A stretch of 64,000 bases of DNA from an uncultured delta proteobacterium (GTDB taxonomy: Bacteria; Myxococcota_A; Polyangia; Polyangiales; Polyangiaceae), in assembly GCA_963841435.1 (NCBI GenBank), contig CAWJCS010000002.1, forward strand, positions 768,001 to 832,000. Direction: 5' to 3'. This document shows positions 1 through 10,109 of this stretch, piece after piece (the stretch's first letter is position 1; each line of letters opens with the position of its first letter). Under the pieces are notes generated by a model. The model saw only the letters and a list, made by a program, of their open reading frames with translations. It was not told where the DNA came from and ran no database searches. The translations under genes and the position numbers were made by a program.

Positions 1-1621
1 CGATGCCGAGCAGGTGGCGGTCGCCGTCCACCACGGGGTAGACGTGTCGGGCTTCGGGCTCACGACACAGGTCGAGGACCTTGTTGGCGCTCATGCCCGG
101 GGCGAGCGTCACGTACTGCACGTCCCCTAGCAGCCCGTCGACGCGCCGCTGCATCGGCGTGTGGGTGACGGGCGGCTCGATCTTGATGCCGTCCTGCTCG
201 AGCAGTGACTCGTAGATCGAGTGAGCGCGAAAGCGGCGTGCGAGCACGTAGGCCGTCATGTTGGCGATCATCAGCGGCAAGATCAGCGAGTAGCCACGCG
301 TCATTTCGATGATGATCAGCACCGAGGTGATCGGCGCGCGGACCACGCCCGCGAACACGGCGCCCATACCAACGAGCGCGAAGGCGCCGACCGGCTCGTC
401 CGTGTGCCCGAGCCAGGTCCCGTTCAGCGTGCCGATCGCGCCCCCCAGCGTGCCGCCCACGAAGAGAGCCGGAGCGAAGATCCCGCCGGCGCCGCCGCTC
501 GAATACGAAGTGACGGTCGCGCCGAGCTTCAGCACGCTGAGCCCGAGCATGACCCGCCAGGCAAGCTCGCCGTTCAGCGCCCGCGACAGCGTGTCGTAGC
601 CGCCGCCCGTGACGCCCCTCGAGCCGAACGCCGCGAGCGCGACGATCGCGCACGCCCCCGTGACGAGCCCTCCCACACCGGGCCGTGTCCAGGCCGGCAG
701 GAACGTCATCTTTCGAAAGCGCAGGCGCAGCCAGAGTAGTGACTCCGTGAAGGCGATGGACGCCCCCGCCGCGGCGAGCCCAATACCCGCGTAGAGGAGC
801 ATCGACGTCGCGTGCCTGAGCCCGTAGCTACCCGGGACGTCGAAGATCGCGCTCTCGCCGAGGATGCCGCGCTCGATCACGGCGGCGAGCGCGGCCGCCA
901 CGATCACGCCGGACAGCACGGCCTGATCGAGGCTTCCCACGATCTCTTCGATCGTGAAGGTCACCGCGGCAATCGGCGCGTTGAACGCTGCGGCGATGCC
1001 GGCCGCCACGCCGACCGGCAGGAGCCGGCGCTGGCTCTTCGGACCCACGCCGATCACCCGGCCGAGGAAGCTCGCGATTCCCGCGCAGATCTGCACGGTG
1101 GGTCCCTCGCGACCGAGCGCCGCGCCAGAGCCGATCTGCAGGGAGCCGACCACGAACTTGCCGACCGCGTCTCGCATCGGGACGACGGGGGGCGTGCTGG
1201 CGAAGGCCGCCTTGATCTGCGGGATGCCGCTGCCGCGTGCGTTCGGCACCACGTACTCGAGCAACGCGCCGCACAGAAGCCCGCCAAACGTCGGCGTGAT
1301 CAGGGTCCACGCCATCCAGGTCCGGCCGGGGGCCCTGAGCGCCGGCTCGATGAGGCGACTCTCGCAGAAGCTGATGCTGAGGTGAAACGCGACCGCGGCC
1401 AGGCCGCACAGCGCCCCGATCGCGATCGTGAGAAGGAAGAGCCGCTGCGCCTCGGTCGGCGCCAGCCGGATCTCGACGCGCAGGAGGTACAGGCGCCAGA
1501 GACGCGAGAGGCGCCGCAGTCGACGCGAAAGCGGGCTTTGCGCTGGCTGCCCTGCGCCGGGCAAGGTCTTGCTACTCGATGGAGGTTGCTCCGTTCCCGG
1601 AGCGCGGCCCGACCCGGTCAC
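1..1621 (-). CDS. ClC-family chloride channel / H+:Cl- antiporter with start of a C-terminal CBS region (3' end runs off the window)
   Basis: Manual minus-strand translation gives the ClC motifs GSGIPQIK, GREGPTVQI, FNAPIAAVTFTIEE, GGIFAPALFVG and IYESLL. GTG start at 1621 is preceded by GGGAGAG. No stop before base 1, so it is absent from the ORF track. Confidence 0.9.
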   Translation of the reverse strand, partial: MTGSGRAPGTEQPPSSSKTLPGAGQPAQSPLSRRLRRLSRLWRLYLLRVEIRLAPTEAQRLFLLTIAIGALCGLAAVAFHLSISFCESRLIEPALRAPGRTWMAWTLITPTFGGLLCGALLEYVVPNARGSGIPQIKAAFASTPPVVPMRDAVGKFVVGSLQIGSGAALGREGPTVQICAGIASFLGRVIGVGPKSQRRLLPVGVAAGIAAAFNAPIAAVTFTIEEIVGSLDQAVLSGVIVAAALAAVIERGILGESAIFDVPGSYGLRHATSMLLYAGIGLAAAGASIAFTESLLWLRLRFRKMTFLPAWTRPGVGGLVTGACAIVALAAFGSRGVTGGGYDTLSRALNGELAWRVMLGLSVLKLGATVTSYSSGGAGGIFAPALFVGGTLGGAIGTLNGTWLGHTDEPVGAFALVGMGAVFAGVVRAPITSVLIIIEMTRGYSLILPLMIANMTAYVLARRFRAHSIYESLLEQDGIKIEPPVTHTPMQRRVDGLLGDVQYVTLAPGMSANKVLDLCREPEARHVYPVVDGDRHLLGI

Positions 1622-1869
1622 GTTCGGTGCACTCTCCCCGAGCGTCGGCGATGGGCGCGCCGTTCGGCGACGACCAAAGATGGCGGCTCGTCACGGGATG
1701 GCGTCGAAACTTTCGTCATTCGGCTGGGCTACCGCTACCACCCCATACTTTGAAGTTCAACATCGGCCCGGTGCACGCGCGAGTTCGTGTCGTTCGGGCG
1801 ACTGGGCTGGGGACAAGCCCCCGGAAACGGAGCGCGCTCGTGGCGCACGTGTCCACGTGCGTTCTAGGG

Positions 1870-1898
1870 TTGATACTCCGGGGAGTGTCCAGTATGGT
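1870..1898 (+). promoter_or_regulatory. Putative sigma70-type promoter of the asnB-methyltransferase operon
   Basis: TTGATA (1870-1875), 17-nt spacer, TATGGT (1893-1898), in an AT-richer stretch 27 nt upstream of ATG 1926. Confidence 0.5.
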
Positions 1899-1925
1899 TG
1901 CTGCTCAAACTATTTTTAGTGTATC

Positions 1926-3444
1926 ATGTGTGGTATCGCAGCAGCATTCGGGGCCGGTCCGGAGGCGAGCGTCGCTCTCCTGGCCGACATGATCTCCAGG
2001 CACTTGTCACATCGTGGGCCCGACGGGGTGGGCGTCGCTCAGCACGGGCGCTCGGTCGTGGCGCACTCGCGCCTCGCCATCGTCAACGTGGGCGGCGGCC
2101 AGCAGCCCATGCACTCGGAGGACGGTGGAGCGCTACTCGTTTGCAACGGGGAAATCTACAACCATCGCGCGCTTCGCGATCAGCTCGCGCCACACCATCA
2201 GCTCAAGACGAACAGCGATTCGGAGGTGGTCGTGCACCTGTTCGAGGACGGCGGCGCCGAGGTCGTCCGAAAGCTAGACGGTATGTTCGCCTTCTTCGTG
2301 ACGGACGGTGAACGTTTCGTCGCCGCGCGCGACCCGTTCGGCATCAAGCCGCTCTACGTTGGGGAGGATCGCCGCGGTGGCTTGTGGTTCGCCTCGGAGC
2401 TCAAGGCCCTCGTGGGGCGGTGCGCCACGATGATCGCGGTTCCGCCCGGTGCGTACCTCACCGAGTCGCAGCGCGTGACGCGCTGGTTCCGACCCGCGTG
2501 GATGACGCGAACGGGCACGGCGACGGCCACGGCACAGGAGCTCGTCGCGGCGCTCGAGCCCGCCGTCGTCAAGCGCCTCATGAGCGACGTGCCCGTCGGC
2601 GTCTTGCTCTCGGGAGGGCTCGATTCGAGCCTCGTCGCAGCGCTCGCCGCCAAGCATTTGCCGCGAATCGCCACGTTCGCCGTGGGCGTGGAGGGCGCGC
2701 CGGATCTCGCGGCGGCGCGCGTCGTCGCCGAGCACATCGGCGCCACCCACCACGAGTGCACGTTCGGCGTGCCCGACGTCTCGCGGCACCTCGACGAGAT
2801 CATCTACCACCTGGAGTCGTACGACGCGGCGCTCATCCGCAGCGCCATGCCCTGCTACTTCGTGTCGGGCTTGGCCGCCCAACGGGTGAAGGTGGTGCTC
2901 ACAGGGGAGGGAGCGGACGAGCTCTTCGCCGGCTACGGCTACATGCAGCGCATGCGCGACCCGACGGCGCTGCACCACGAATGCACGCGCCTGCTGCTCG
3001 GTCTTCACGCCATGAACCTGCAACGTGTCGATCGCATGACGATGGCGCACGGGCTCGAGGGACGGGTCCCCTTTCTGGACGTCGACTTCGTCGACTTCGC
3101 TATGGGTCTCGATCCGGCGCTCAAGGTGCGTGCGCCGCGCGGCCTCGAAAAGGCACTCCTGCGAGCCGCCGCCTGCCACCTCTTGCCGGAACGAATCGCA
3201 GCGCGCCCGAAGCTCGAGTTCTCGGAGGGCAGCGCCACGGACGTCTCTGCTCGGGCAGTACGCCGAGGCGCGCGTCAGCGACTGGGATTTTTCGCACGCT
3301 CGGGTGCGCTTTCCGACGGACACGCCGAAGAGCAAGGAAGAGCTCTTGTATCGCTTGGTCTTCGACGAGCTCTTTCCGGGCGAAGCGGCGCGCGAGACGG
3401 TCTCGCGTTGGCGGGTGCCGCAAGCCGAGCCCTGGATTTCCTAA
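1926..3444 (+). CDS. asnB: Asparagine synthetase B-like glutamine amidotransferase; single frameshift near 3245
   Basis: N-terminal MCGI (Ntn Cys), HRGPD, NGEIYNH, RDPFGIKPLY, LSGGLDSS, GEGADELFAGY, RVPFLD. The conserved C-terminus TPKSKEELLYRLVFDELFP is in the shifted frame (ORF 3130..3444) and ends TAA at 3444. Confidence 0.85.
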
Positions 3445-3458
3445 AACGAGAGGAGCAC

Positions 3459-4775
3459 ATGGCACATTCGGAGCCCCAAGGACACGTGTCCGACGTGAGC
3501 GGAACCTGGACCTATTCCGAGACGGTGGCTCGCGGTCTTTACGAGAAGGATCACGGCGGGCTGTTCGGCAAGCACGACAACGTCAGAACCTACTGGGAGG
3601 ACGAGCTGACGCGCATTGCCTTGCGCCCGTACGTGCGCGAACGCGCCGTTTCGTGCGCAGCGAGTGGCCGGCGCCTGCGCGTCGTGGACCTCGGCTGCGG
3701 CTCGGGGCAGGGCTACGAGCTCTTGACGCGGATCCGCCAGCGCGACCTGAGCCTCGAGGATGCCCAGCGCTACGTGCTCACCCCCGAGCAGTTCGAGCTC
3801 TACCTGGGCCTCGATCTCAGCGACGTCATGGTCGAGCAGGGGCGTCACAACTATCGCAAGGTCCCGCACGTGGCGTTCCGGAGGGCAGACCTGCGTGAGG
3901 GGCTCGGCCCCGTGGCGCGCGAGCGTCCGTTCGACATCTATTTCTCGTCATACGGCTCGCTGTCGCACCTCGGCACGAACGAGCTCAGGACGTGTCTGCG
4001 CGGCATCGCGCGGCACGCGGCCCCCGGCGCGCTCATCGTGATGGACCTGATCGGTCGCTTCTCGCCCGAATGGCCCGGCTACTGGCACCTCGCCGACGAG
4101 GCCGAGAAGGTCCAGCCCTACTCGATGAGCTACCTCTTTGCCGACGAAGAGCGCCGCACTGGAAACGTCCAGAAGTTTCCGCTCCGCTTCTGGAGCGGCG
4201 ACGAAGTGCGCGTCGTGTGCGACGAGGTGTCCGCGGATACGGGTGTCGATCTCGACGTCGTGGAGATCCTCGATCGGTCTATTTTCGTGGGTCGCCACGT
4301 TGACACGCGCGAGTACGGGACGTCCCTGCCGCCGCTCCGCCGCCTCGTGAACCACCTCTACGAGCACAACGTGCGCACGCATCTCGAGCAGCTGCTCGTC
4401 GATTACCAGGCGACGAGCGGCCCCGAACGGCTCAATGCGCATTTCTCCCGGCTTTCGCTATGCTGGAACACCGTGATCCAGTTCGCCCAAGCGCGCCTTT
4501 CGGGGACCCGCATCGACCTTGCGGAGATGCCCGGCTGGCGGGACTTTCCGGCGGCGCTCCAGATGGCGCTCGTCACCATGGATCGCATCGTCAACAGTGT
4601 GGCTTGGATCGACGTCGGCGACGTACGCGCCAACATCATCGAGCCGCAGCTCGCCTACGTGCTCCGGCGGATGCAGTCTCGGCTGCAAGACGGCCGAGGT
4701 TGCGGTCACGGGTTGCTCGCGCTCGTGCGCGTGTCCGGTTCCCCGAACGACTCACCGCCGAACGCGCCGTCATGA
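3459..4775 (+). CDS. Class I SAM-dependent methyltransferase (~438 aa) with a long C-terminal extension
   Basis: Own RBS (GAGAGGAG) and ATG at 3459. Motif I VVDLGCGSGQG, then YLGLDLSDVM, FRRADL and FDIYFSSYGSLSH. Confidence 0.8.
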   Translation: MAHSEPQGHVSDVSGTWTYSETVARGLYEKDHGGLFGKHDNVRTYWEDELTRIALRPYVRERAVSCAASGRRLRVVDLGCGSGQGYELLTRIRQRDLSLEDAQRYVLTPEQFELYLGLDLSDVMVEQGRHNYRKVPHVAFRRADLREGLGPVARERPFDIYFSSYGSLSHLGTNELRTCLRGIARHAAPGALIVMDLIGRFSPEWPGYWHLADEAEKVQPYSMSYLFADEERRTGNVQKFPLRFWSGDEVRVVCDEVSADTGVDLDVVEILDRSIFVGRHVDTREYGTSLPPLRRLVNHLYEHNVRTHLEQLLVDYQATSGPERLNAHFSRLSLCWNTVIQFAQARLSGTRIDLAEMPGWRDFPAALQMALVTMDRIVNSVAWIDVGDVRANIIEPQLAYVLRRMQSRLQDGRGCGHGLLALVRVSGSPNDSPPNAPS

Positions 4776-5539
4776 TCGAGGTCCGTGACCTCGGCGTTCG
4801 CTTCGGATCCGTCCGGGCCGTCGAGGCCGTCACTTTCGACGTGGCCCAGGGTGAGCTCGTGGCGATCGTCGGGGGCTCCGGCTCGGGCAAGACGACTCTT
4901 CTCAAGTTGATCAATCGGCTGATCGAGCCCACGGAGGGCAGCGTGCGCATCGGCGGCGAGCACGTGAGCCTCCGGCCCGAGCACGAGCTCCGGCGCAGCA
5001 TCGGCTACGTCTTTCAGAAGGTCGGGCTCTTTCCCCACATGACGGTCGCCGAGAACATCGGGATCACGCCTTCGCTTCTCCACTGGGAGCGTGGCGCGAT
5101 CGAGCGCCGCACGCGCGAGCTCATGGACCTTCTCGAGCTCGACCCGACGCTCGCAAAGCGGCTCCCCTCGGAGCTTTCGGGTGGTCAGCAGCAGCGCGTC
5201 GGCGTCGCTCGTGCGCTCGCGGCGCGCCCCAAGCTCATGCTGCTCGACGAGCCGTTCGGCGCGCTCGACCCGCTGACGCGCGATCGGTTGCAGCAATCGT
5301 TCGACCGCATCCGGCGGGAGCTCAAGATGACCGCCGTGCTCGTGACGCACGACATGGCCGAAGCCCTCTTCCTCGCCGATCGCATCGGTGTGCTGCAGGT
5401 GGGGCGGCTCGTGCAGATCGCCACGCCACGGGAGATCCTGACGCGCCCTGCCACCGAGTACGTCGAACGCTTGATGGAAACGCCGCGCCGCCAGGCGCGC
5501 CTTTTCGACGAGCTCGCGAGCGGAGCGGGCGATGGGTGA
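4772..5539 (+). CDS. Osmoprotectant (OpuA/OpuC/ProV-like) ABC transporter ATP-binding subunit
   Basis: ATGA overlap with the methyltransferase stop. GGSGSGKTT, IGYVFQKVGLFPHMTV, LSGGQQQRV, LLDEPFGALDP, VTHD. Confidence 0.9.
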   Translation: MIEVRDLGVRFGSVRAVEAVTFDVAQGELVAIVGGSGSGKTTLLKLINRLIEPTEGSVRIGGEHVSLRPEHELRRSIGYVFQKVGLFPHMTVAENIGITPSLLHWERGAIERRTRELMDLLELDPTLAKRLPSELSGGQQQRVGVARALAARPKLMLLDEPFGALDPLTRDRLQQSFDRIRRELKMTAVLVTHDMAEALFLADRIGVLQVGRLVQIATPREILTRPATEYVERLMETPRRQARLFDELASGAGDG

Positions 5540-7076
5540 CGAGCTCGCGCGTCTTCCCGAGCTTTTCACGGCGCATCTAGGCCTGACACTGTTCCCGCTT
5601 CTGTTCGGTGTGTGCGTGAGCGTACCGCTCGGCGTGCTGGCGACGCGCTCACGGCTGCTCGGCCGGGTCGCGCTCAACGCGGCCGCCCTGATCCAGACCG
5701 TCCCGAGCCTCGCCCTGCTCGCCCTGATGGTTCCCATCCTGGGGGCGCTCGGCGCTTCCAGCATCGGGTACCTGCCGGCGTTCGTCGCGCTCGTGCTCTA
5801 CAGCATCCTGCCGATCCTCAGAAACACGGTGACGGCGCTCGGCGGCATCGACCCCGCCGTCGTCGAAGCCGCACGCGGTGTCGGCATGAGCAGCCGCGAG
5901 CGCCTGCTGCGCGTCGAGCTGCCCCTTTCGCTTCCCGTCATCGTGGCGGGCGTGCGCACGGCCGCCGTGTGGACCGTCGGGGCGGCCACGCTCGCGACCC
6001 CCGTGGGCGCGGATAGCCTCGGAAACTACATCTTCGCCGGGCTGCAGACACGCAACGTCGGGTCCGTGGTGATCGGTTGCGTGGCGGCGGCCGTGCTCGC
6101 GCTCTCGCTGGACGGCCTGGGAAAGCTGCTGTTCGTGGGGGTCGAGCGTCGCAGCCGCCCCCTCACGCTCGTCGCCCTTTCGAGCTTCCTTTTGCTCTAC
6201 CTCTATACGGGTGTGGCGCTCGCGGCCCGTTTCGCGCCGAGCCGCGCCGAGCGTGCCACCATCGGGGCCAAGACCTTCACGGAACAGTACATCCTCGCCG
6301 ACATTCTCGCGCAGCGGCTGTCGGGCGCCACCGGCCTCGACACGAAGGTGAAGCAATCGCTCGGTTCCTCGGTAGCGTTCGACGCCCTGCGGCAGGGCTC
6401 GATCAACGTCTACGTGGACTACACCGGTACGATCTGGAGCAATATCATGAAGCGCCGCGACGTGCCGCGCGACCGCCGCGTCCTGTTCGACGAGATGAGC
6501 AAGTTTCTACGCGAGCGGGATGGAATCCGTACCGTCGCTCGGCTCGGCTTCGAGAACAGCTACGCGCTCGTCATGCGCCGCGCCGACGCCGAACGGCTCG
6601 GGGTCCGTCGTATCGGCGACCTGCAAAGCTTTGCTCGGCAGCTCACGATCGGCGGTGACTACGAGTTCTTCAGCCGCCCCGAGTGGCGCGCGCTCAAGCG
6701 CACCTACGGGCTCGAATTCCGCAGTCAGACGTCGATGGACTCCTCGCTGATGTACCAGGCGGTGCGCGACCGCGCGGTCAACGTCCTCAGTGCATTCTCG
6801 ACGGACGGCCGCATTGCGGCCTTCGATCTGGTCGTGCTCGAGGACGAGCGGGGCGCCATCCCCCCCTACGACGCCGTGATCCTCGCGAGCCGTGCGTTCG
6901 CCGCGCGCGCACCGCAGGCCATCGAAGCACTGCGGGGCCTCGAGGGGCGCCTCGACGCGCGGCAGATGCGAAAGATGAACCTTGCCGTCGACGCGGGCGG
7001 GCGCTCGCCGGCCGACGTCGCGCGAGAGTTCGTCTCGACGCTCGGGCCCACGCCCGCGCGGAAGGAGGAGCCATGA
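5532..7076 (+). CDS. Fused permease + substrate-binding protein of a quaternary-amine/osmoprotectant ABC importer (OpuBC/OsmF/EgtU-like architecture)
   Basis: N-terminal TM region with QTVPSLALLA and the EAA loop EAARGVGMS. C-terminal SBP with GAKTFTEQYIL, YVDYTGT, GFENSYAL, FSTDGRI, PPYDA. Confidence 0.9.
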   Translation: MGDELARLPELFTAHLGLTLFPLLFGVCVSVPLGVLATRSRLLGRVALNAAALIQTVPSLALLALMVPILGALGASSIGYLPAFVALVLYSILPILRNTVTALGGIDPAVVEAARGVGMSSRERLLRVELPLSLPVIVAGVRTAAVWTVGAATLATPVGADSLGNYIFAGLQTRNVGSVVIGCVAAAVLALSLDGLGKLLFVGVERRSRPLTLVALSSFLLLYLYTGVALAARFAPSRAERATIGAKTFTEQYILADILAQRLSGATGLDTKVKQSLGSSVAFDALRQGSINVYVDYTGTIWSNIMKRRDVPRDRRVLFDEMSKFLRERDGIRTVARLGFENSYALVMRRADAERLGVRRIGDLQSFARQLTIGGDYEFFSRPEWRALKRTYGLEFRSQTSMDSSLMYQAVRDRAVNVLSAFSTDGRIAAFDLVVLEDERGAIPPYDAVILASRAFAARAPQAIEALRGLEGRLDARQMRKMNLAVDAGGRSPADVAREFVSTLGPTPARKEEP

Positions 7077-7690
7077 ACGCCTTCGTTAGCTCCGCGGTGC
7101 TGTTGCTCGTGATCCTCAACCCGTTCGCACTCGCCGTTTACTTGATCGATCTTTTTCGCACGACCCGCCTCGTGGAGCTCTTCTACATTCTCGTGCGCGC
7201 CATGCTGATCGGTGCGTGCGTGTTCTGCCTGTTTGCCTGGTCCGGTCAGGCGGTCTTCACCAACGTGCTGCAGATACGCTTCGCGGCCTTCCAGGTTTTC
7301 GGTGGAGTCGTCTTCTTGGTGATGGCGCTACGTTTCATGCTGAACGGCAGCGAGACGCTCGTCGCGTTGCGCGGACCGCCTGGGCGCGTGGCCGGCGCGA
7401 TCGCGATGCCGTTCCTGATTGGCCCGGGAAGCGTCAGCGCCGCGACGCTTGCGGGTCTCAAGCTGCCGACCGCCTGGGCGCTCTTAGCGATCGGCTCGGC
7501 GCTCGGTGTCGTCGTGCTCGTGCTCTGCGTGCTCAAGGTGCTGTTCGACTGGGTGAGCGTCAGGAACGCGCCGCTCGTCGAGCGCTACGTCGAGATCGCG
7601 AGCCGCGTGAGCGCCATGGTCGTCGGGAGCATCGCCGTCGAGATGACTTTCGACGGCGTCGAGGCGTGGCTCACGAGCTTTCATCACTGA
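7073..7690 (+). CDS. MarC-family integral membrane protein
   Basis: ATG 7073 after AAGGAGGAG, overlapping the upstream stop. LLVILNPF, AFQVFGGVVF, IAMPFLIGPGSVSA; about 6 TM segments. Confidence 0.85.
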   Translation: MNAFVSSAVLLLVILNPFALAVYLIDLFRTTRLVELFYILVRAMLIGACVFCLFAWSGQAVFTNVLQIRFAAFQVFGGVVFLVMALRFMLNGSETLVALRGPPGRVAGAIAMPFLIGPGSVSAATLAGLKLPTAWALLAIGSALGVVVLVLCVLKVLFDWVSVRNAPLVERYVEIASRVSAMVVGSIAVEMTFDGVEAWLTSFHH

Positions 7691-7723
7691 ACGCCGCGCG
7701 GCGAGCGGGCTCGTTCGTCTCTC

Positions 7724-8221
7724 TCACTCCCACTTGAGGGAGCTGCCGCGGGCGTCGCGGATCGAGCCGGTCGCCGCCAGAACGATGTCAACCGTGTGCC
7801 AGATGCCGCAACCTCCGGCCGTCAGGAGCTTGGCGATGCCGAGCCCCACCTGGTCGAGCATGAAGCGATCGAGCCCCAAGCTGCCGCCCAGAATCCCCGC
7901 GACGAGCAGGTGATTCGCAGGGACGCGTGGCTCGCCGAACATCGCCGGGGGTCGGAGCGGCCGGCCCTCGCGATCCTTGAGCACGTCGAGCGCGAACAAC
8001 ACGAGATCGATCAACCACCAGAGGGTACAGCCTCCGAGCGTGAGCAGCTTGAGCACGCCGAGCCCGTAGTGGCCGACGTAGAATCGATCGGCGCCGAAGA
8101 TGCCGAGGAAATAGGACAGCAAGATGGCCGTCGAGCGCTGCCTGTCGGAGTACTCGCGCACCACCGGCGGCGGGGGCGCGTAGGGAGGCGGATAGTGACC
8201 GGGCGGAGGAGCGAAGCCCAT
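7724..8221 (-). CDS. TM2 domain-containing protein (two TM2 repeats, Pro-rich N-terminus)
   Basis: FLGIFGADRFYVGHYGLGVLKLLTLGG and LGGSLGLDRFMLDQVGLGIAKLLTAGG. Confidence 0.85.
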   Translation of the reverse strand: MGFAPPPGHYPPPYAPPPPVVREYSDRQRSTAILLSYFLGIFGADRFYVGHYGLGVLKLLTLGGCTLWWLIDLVLFALDVLKDREGRPLRPPAMFGEPRVPANHLLVAGILGGSLGLDRFMLDQVGLGIAKLLTAGGCGIWHTVDIVLAATGSIRDARGSSLKWE

Positions 8222-8260
8222 CGTGGTCGTTCGGACGTTCGACGGGAACGCCGCTGACCG

Positions 8261-8953
8261 CTACTCGCCCTTGTCGGCGCTCGTGATGCCGATCTTGGCG
8301 TCGTAAACCAGGCGGCCGACTTCCGGGTCCTTGATCACGATCGAGAACTCGTTCGGCACCTCGATGACGACTTCCTTCGGTACGTTGCGCATCGGCGTGC
8401 GGCCCGTGTCCCGGCCCGTCGTCTTCAACGTGATGCTCGTGCCTTTTTCCTCGCCGAACTCGAAGGGGATCTTGTGCAGGGTCGTGAGCGAGCTGCCCTT
8501 CCGGCGCAGCGTGAGCCACACCCAGCCGCCCTTGTCCTGCTTGAACTGCATGCCGTCTTCGCCGAACTTCGAGCGCGCCCTCTTCATGCAGTCGGCCATC
8601 TTCTTGCCGACGCCCTTCGTCTGCGCCTGGCACTTCTCCTCGGCCTTCTCGTGCGGCTCCGAGCCGTTGAAGTTGAACATGAACGTGACCTCGGGTGCGG
8701 TCAGCATGTCCTTCGGGCCGCGCGTGACTGGTCCCGGGCCCGAGTCCGGCCCGCCCTCGTCCTTTTTGGCTTCGTCCTTCTCCTTCTCGTCGGGCTTTCC
8801 TTCGTCGCTCTTGGCCTCGTCGCTGGAGTCCGCGGAGGCGGCCTTTTCTTCACCGCCAGACGCGGGCTCTTCCGCCGGCGGCTGCGAGCCGCCGCACGCT
8901 GCGAGCGCGAGGATCGAGAACAGGAACAGGGCGGAACGCATCGGCATGGCCAT
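8261..8953 (-). CDS. Hypothetical lipoprotein
   Basis: Signal peptide with lipobox LAAC, acidic linker, globular C-terminal domain, strong GC3 codon bias. Confidence 0.7.
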   Translation of the reverse strand: MAMPMRSALFLFSILALAACGGSQPPAEEPASGGEEKAASADSSDEAKSDEGKPDEKEKDEAKKDEGGPDSGPGPVTRGPKDMLTAPEVTFMFNFNGSEPHEKAEEKCQAQTKGVGKKMADCMKRARSKFGEDGMQFKQDKGGWVWLTLRRKGSSLTTLHKIPFEFGEEKGTSITLKTTGRDTGRTPMRNVPKEVVIEVPNEFSIVIKDPEVGRLVYDAKIGITSADKGE

Positions 8954-9059
8954 GGGCGGATTGTACCTCCTGAGACGGGGTTCGCGGGTACCACGGGTCG
9001 CGCGCGGCGAGAACCTGACAACGGCCGGAGCCGCCCCGGGCTTCGGCCGGGCTCTGGCC

Positions 9060-10085
9060 TCAGCGCTGCACGCGGCCCGAGCCGTCGCCCGCGACGAGCG
9101 CCTCGACCTCGGCGATGCTCACGAGGTTCAGGTCTCCCGGAATGGTGTGCTTCAGCGCCGAGGCGGCCGTCGCGAACTCGATGGCGCCCTGCCTGTCCCG
9201 CCCCTCGATGAGCGCGTGGATGAGCCCCGCCGCGAAGGAGTCACCGGCGCCGACACGGTTGACGAGCGTGATGTCGTAGTGACGGCTGAAGGCGTGCCCC
9301 TCGCGGTCGGCGAGCAGTCCGCTCCAGCCGTTCTCGCTCGCGCTCTTGCTCTCGCGCAACGTGATGGCCGCGTGCTTCACGGACGGAAAGCGTTCGAGCA
9401 CCTGACGGGTGACGTCGAGGTAGCGGTCGTGCTGGAGCGTTCCGCTTGCCACGTCCGTCGAGCCGGCGCGAATGCCGAAGACCGACTCGCAGTCCTCCTC
9501 GTTCGCGATCAAGACGTTGGTGTGCTCGACGAGCTTTGCCATGACTTCGCCCGCCTTTGCTTTCGACCACAGCTTCTTTCTGTAGTTGAGATCCACGGAG
9601 GTGGTGATGCCGGCTTTTCGTGCGGCGCTGAGGGCCTCGAGCGTGGCCTCGGCACAGCCTTCCGACAGCGCTGGCGTGATGCCCGTCGTATGGAACCAGC
9701 GAGCCCCGGCAAGCGCGCGGCTCCAGTCCACCTGCCCCGGGCCGACGCTGCTGATGGCGGAGCCCGCGCGGTCGTAGAGCACCTGCGAGGCGCGCTGGCT
9801 CGCGCCGGCCTCGAGGAAGTAGATGCCGAGGCGGTCCCCCTTTCGCAGCACCGAGCGAACGTCCACACCGAGGCCGCGTAGCGTCGTGAGCGCCCACTCG
9901 CCGATGGGATTGTCGGGAACGGCGGACACCCAGCGCGATTCGTGACCGAAGCGCGCCAGACTCGCTGCGACGTTCGCTTCGCCGCCACCGAAGGTTGCTT
10001 CGAGCCGCGGCGTCTGGACGAAGCGCGCGAAGCCGGGCGTCTTGAGCCGCAACATCAGCTCGCCGAAGGTGGTGACGATGGCCAT
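9060..10085 (-). CDS. kdgK: 2-keto-3-deoxygluconate kinase (PfkB family)
   Basis: TFGELMLRL, FGGGEANVA, DLNYRKKLW, NRVGAGDSFAAGLI, LKHTIPGD; adjacent to eda. Confidence 0.9.
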   Translation of the reverse strand: MAIVTTFGELMLRLKTPGFARFVQTPRLEATFGGGEANVAASLARFGHESRWVSAVPDNPIGEWALTTLRGLGVDVRSVLRKGDRLGIYFLEAGASQRASQVLYDRAGSAISSVGPGQVDWSRALAGARWFHTTGITPALSEGCAEATLEALSAARKAGITTSVDLNYRKKLWSKAKAGEVMAKLVEHTNVLIANEEDCESVFGIRAGSTDVASGTLQHDRYLDVTRQVLERFPSVKHAAITLRESKSASENGWSGLLADREGHAFSRHYDITLVNRVGAGDSFAAGLIHALIEGRDRQGAIEFATAASALKHTIPGDLNLVSIAEVEALVAGDGSGRVQR

Positions 10086-10109
10086 GGGTAGGATTTGGGT
10101 TTCGACGGA

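Noticed and set aside
1926-4775. Apparent 949-aa AsnB-methyltransferase fusion in the ORF track
   Set aside because: The conserved AsnB C-terminus lies in another frame ending TAA 3444, and the methyltransferase has its own RBS and ATG at 3459; a single indel near 3245 explains the fusion.
9023-9059. GC hairpin after kdgK as an intrinsic terminator
   Set aside because: Imperfect stem and no U-tract on the minus strand.
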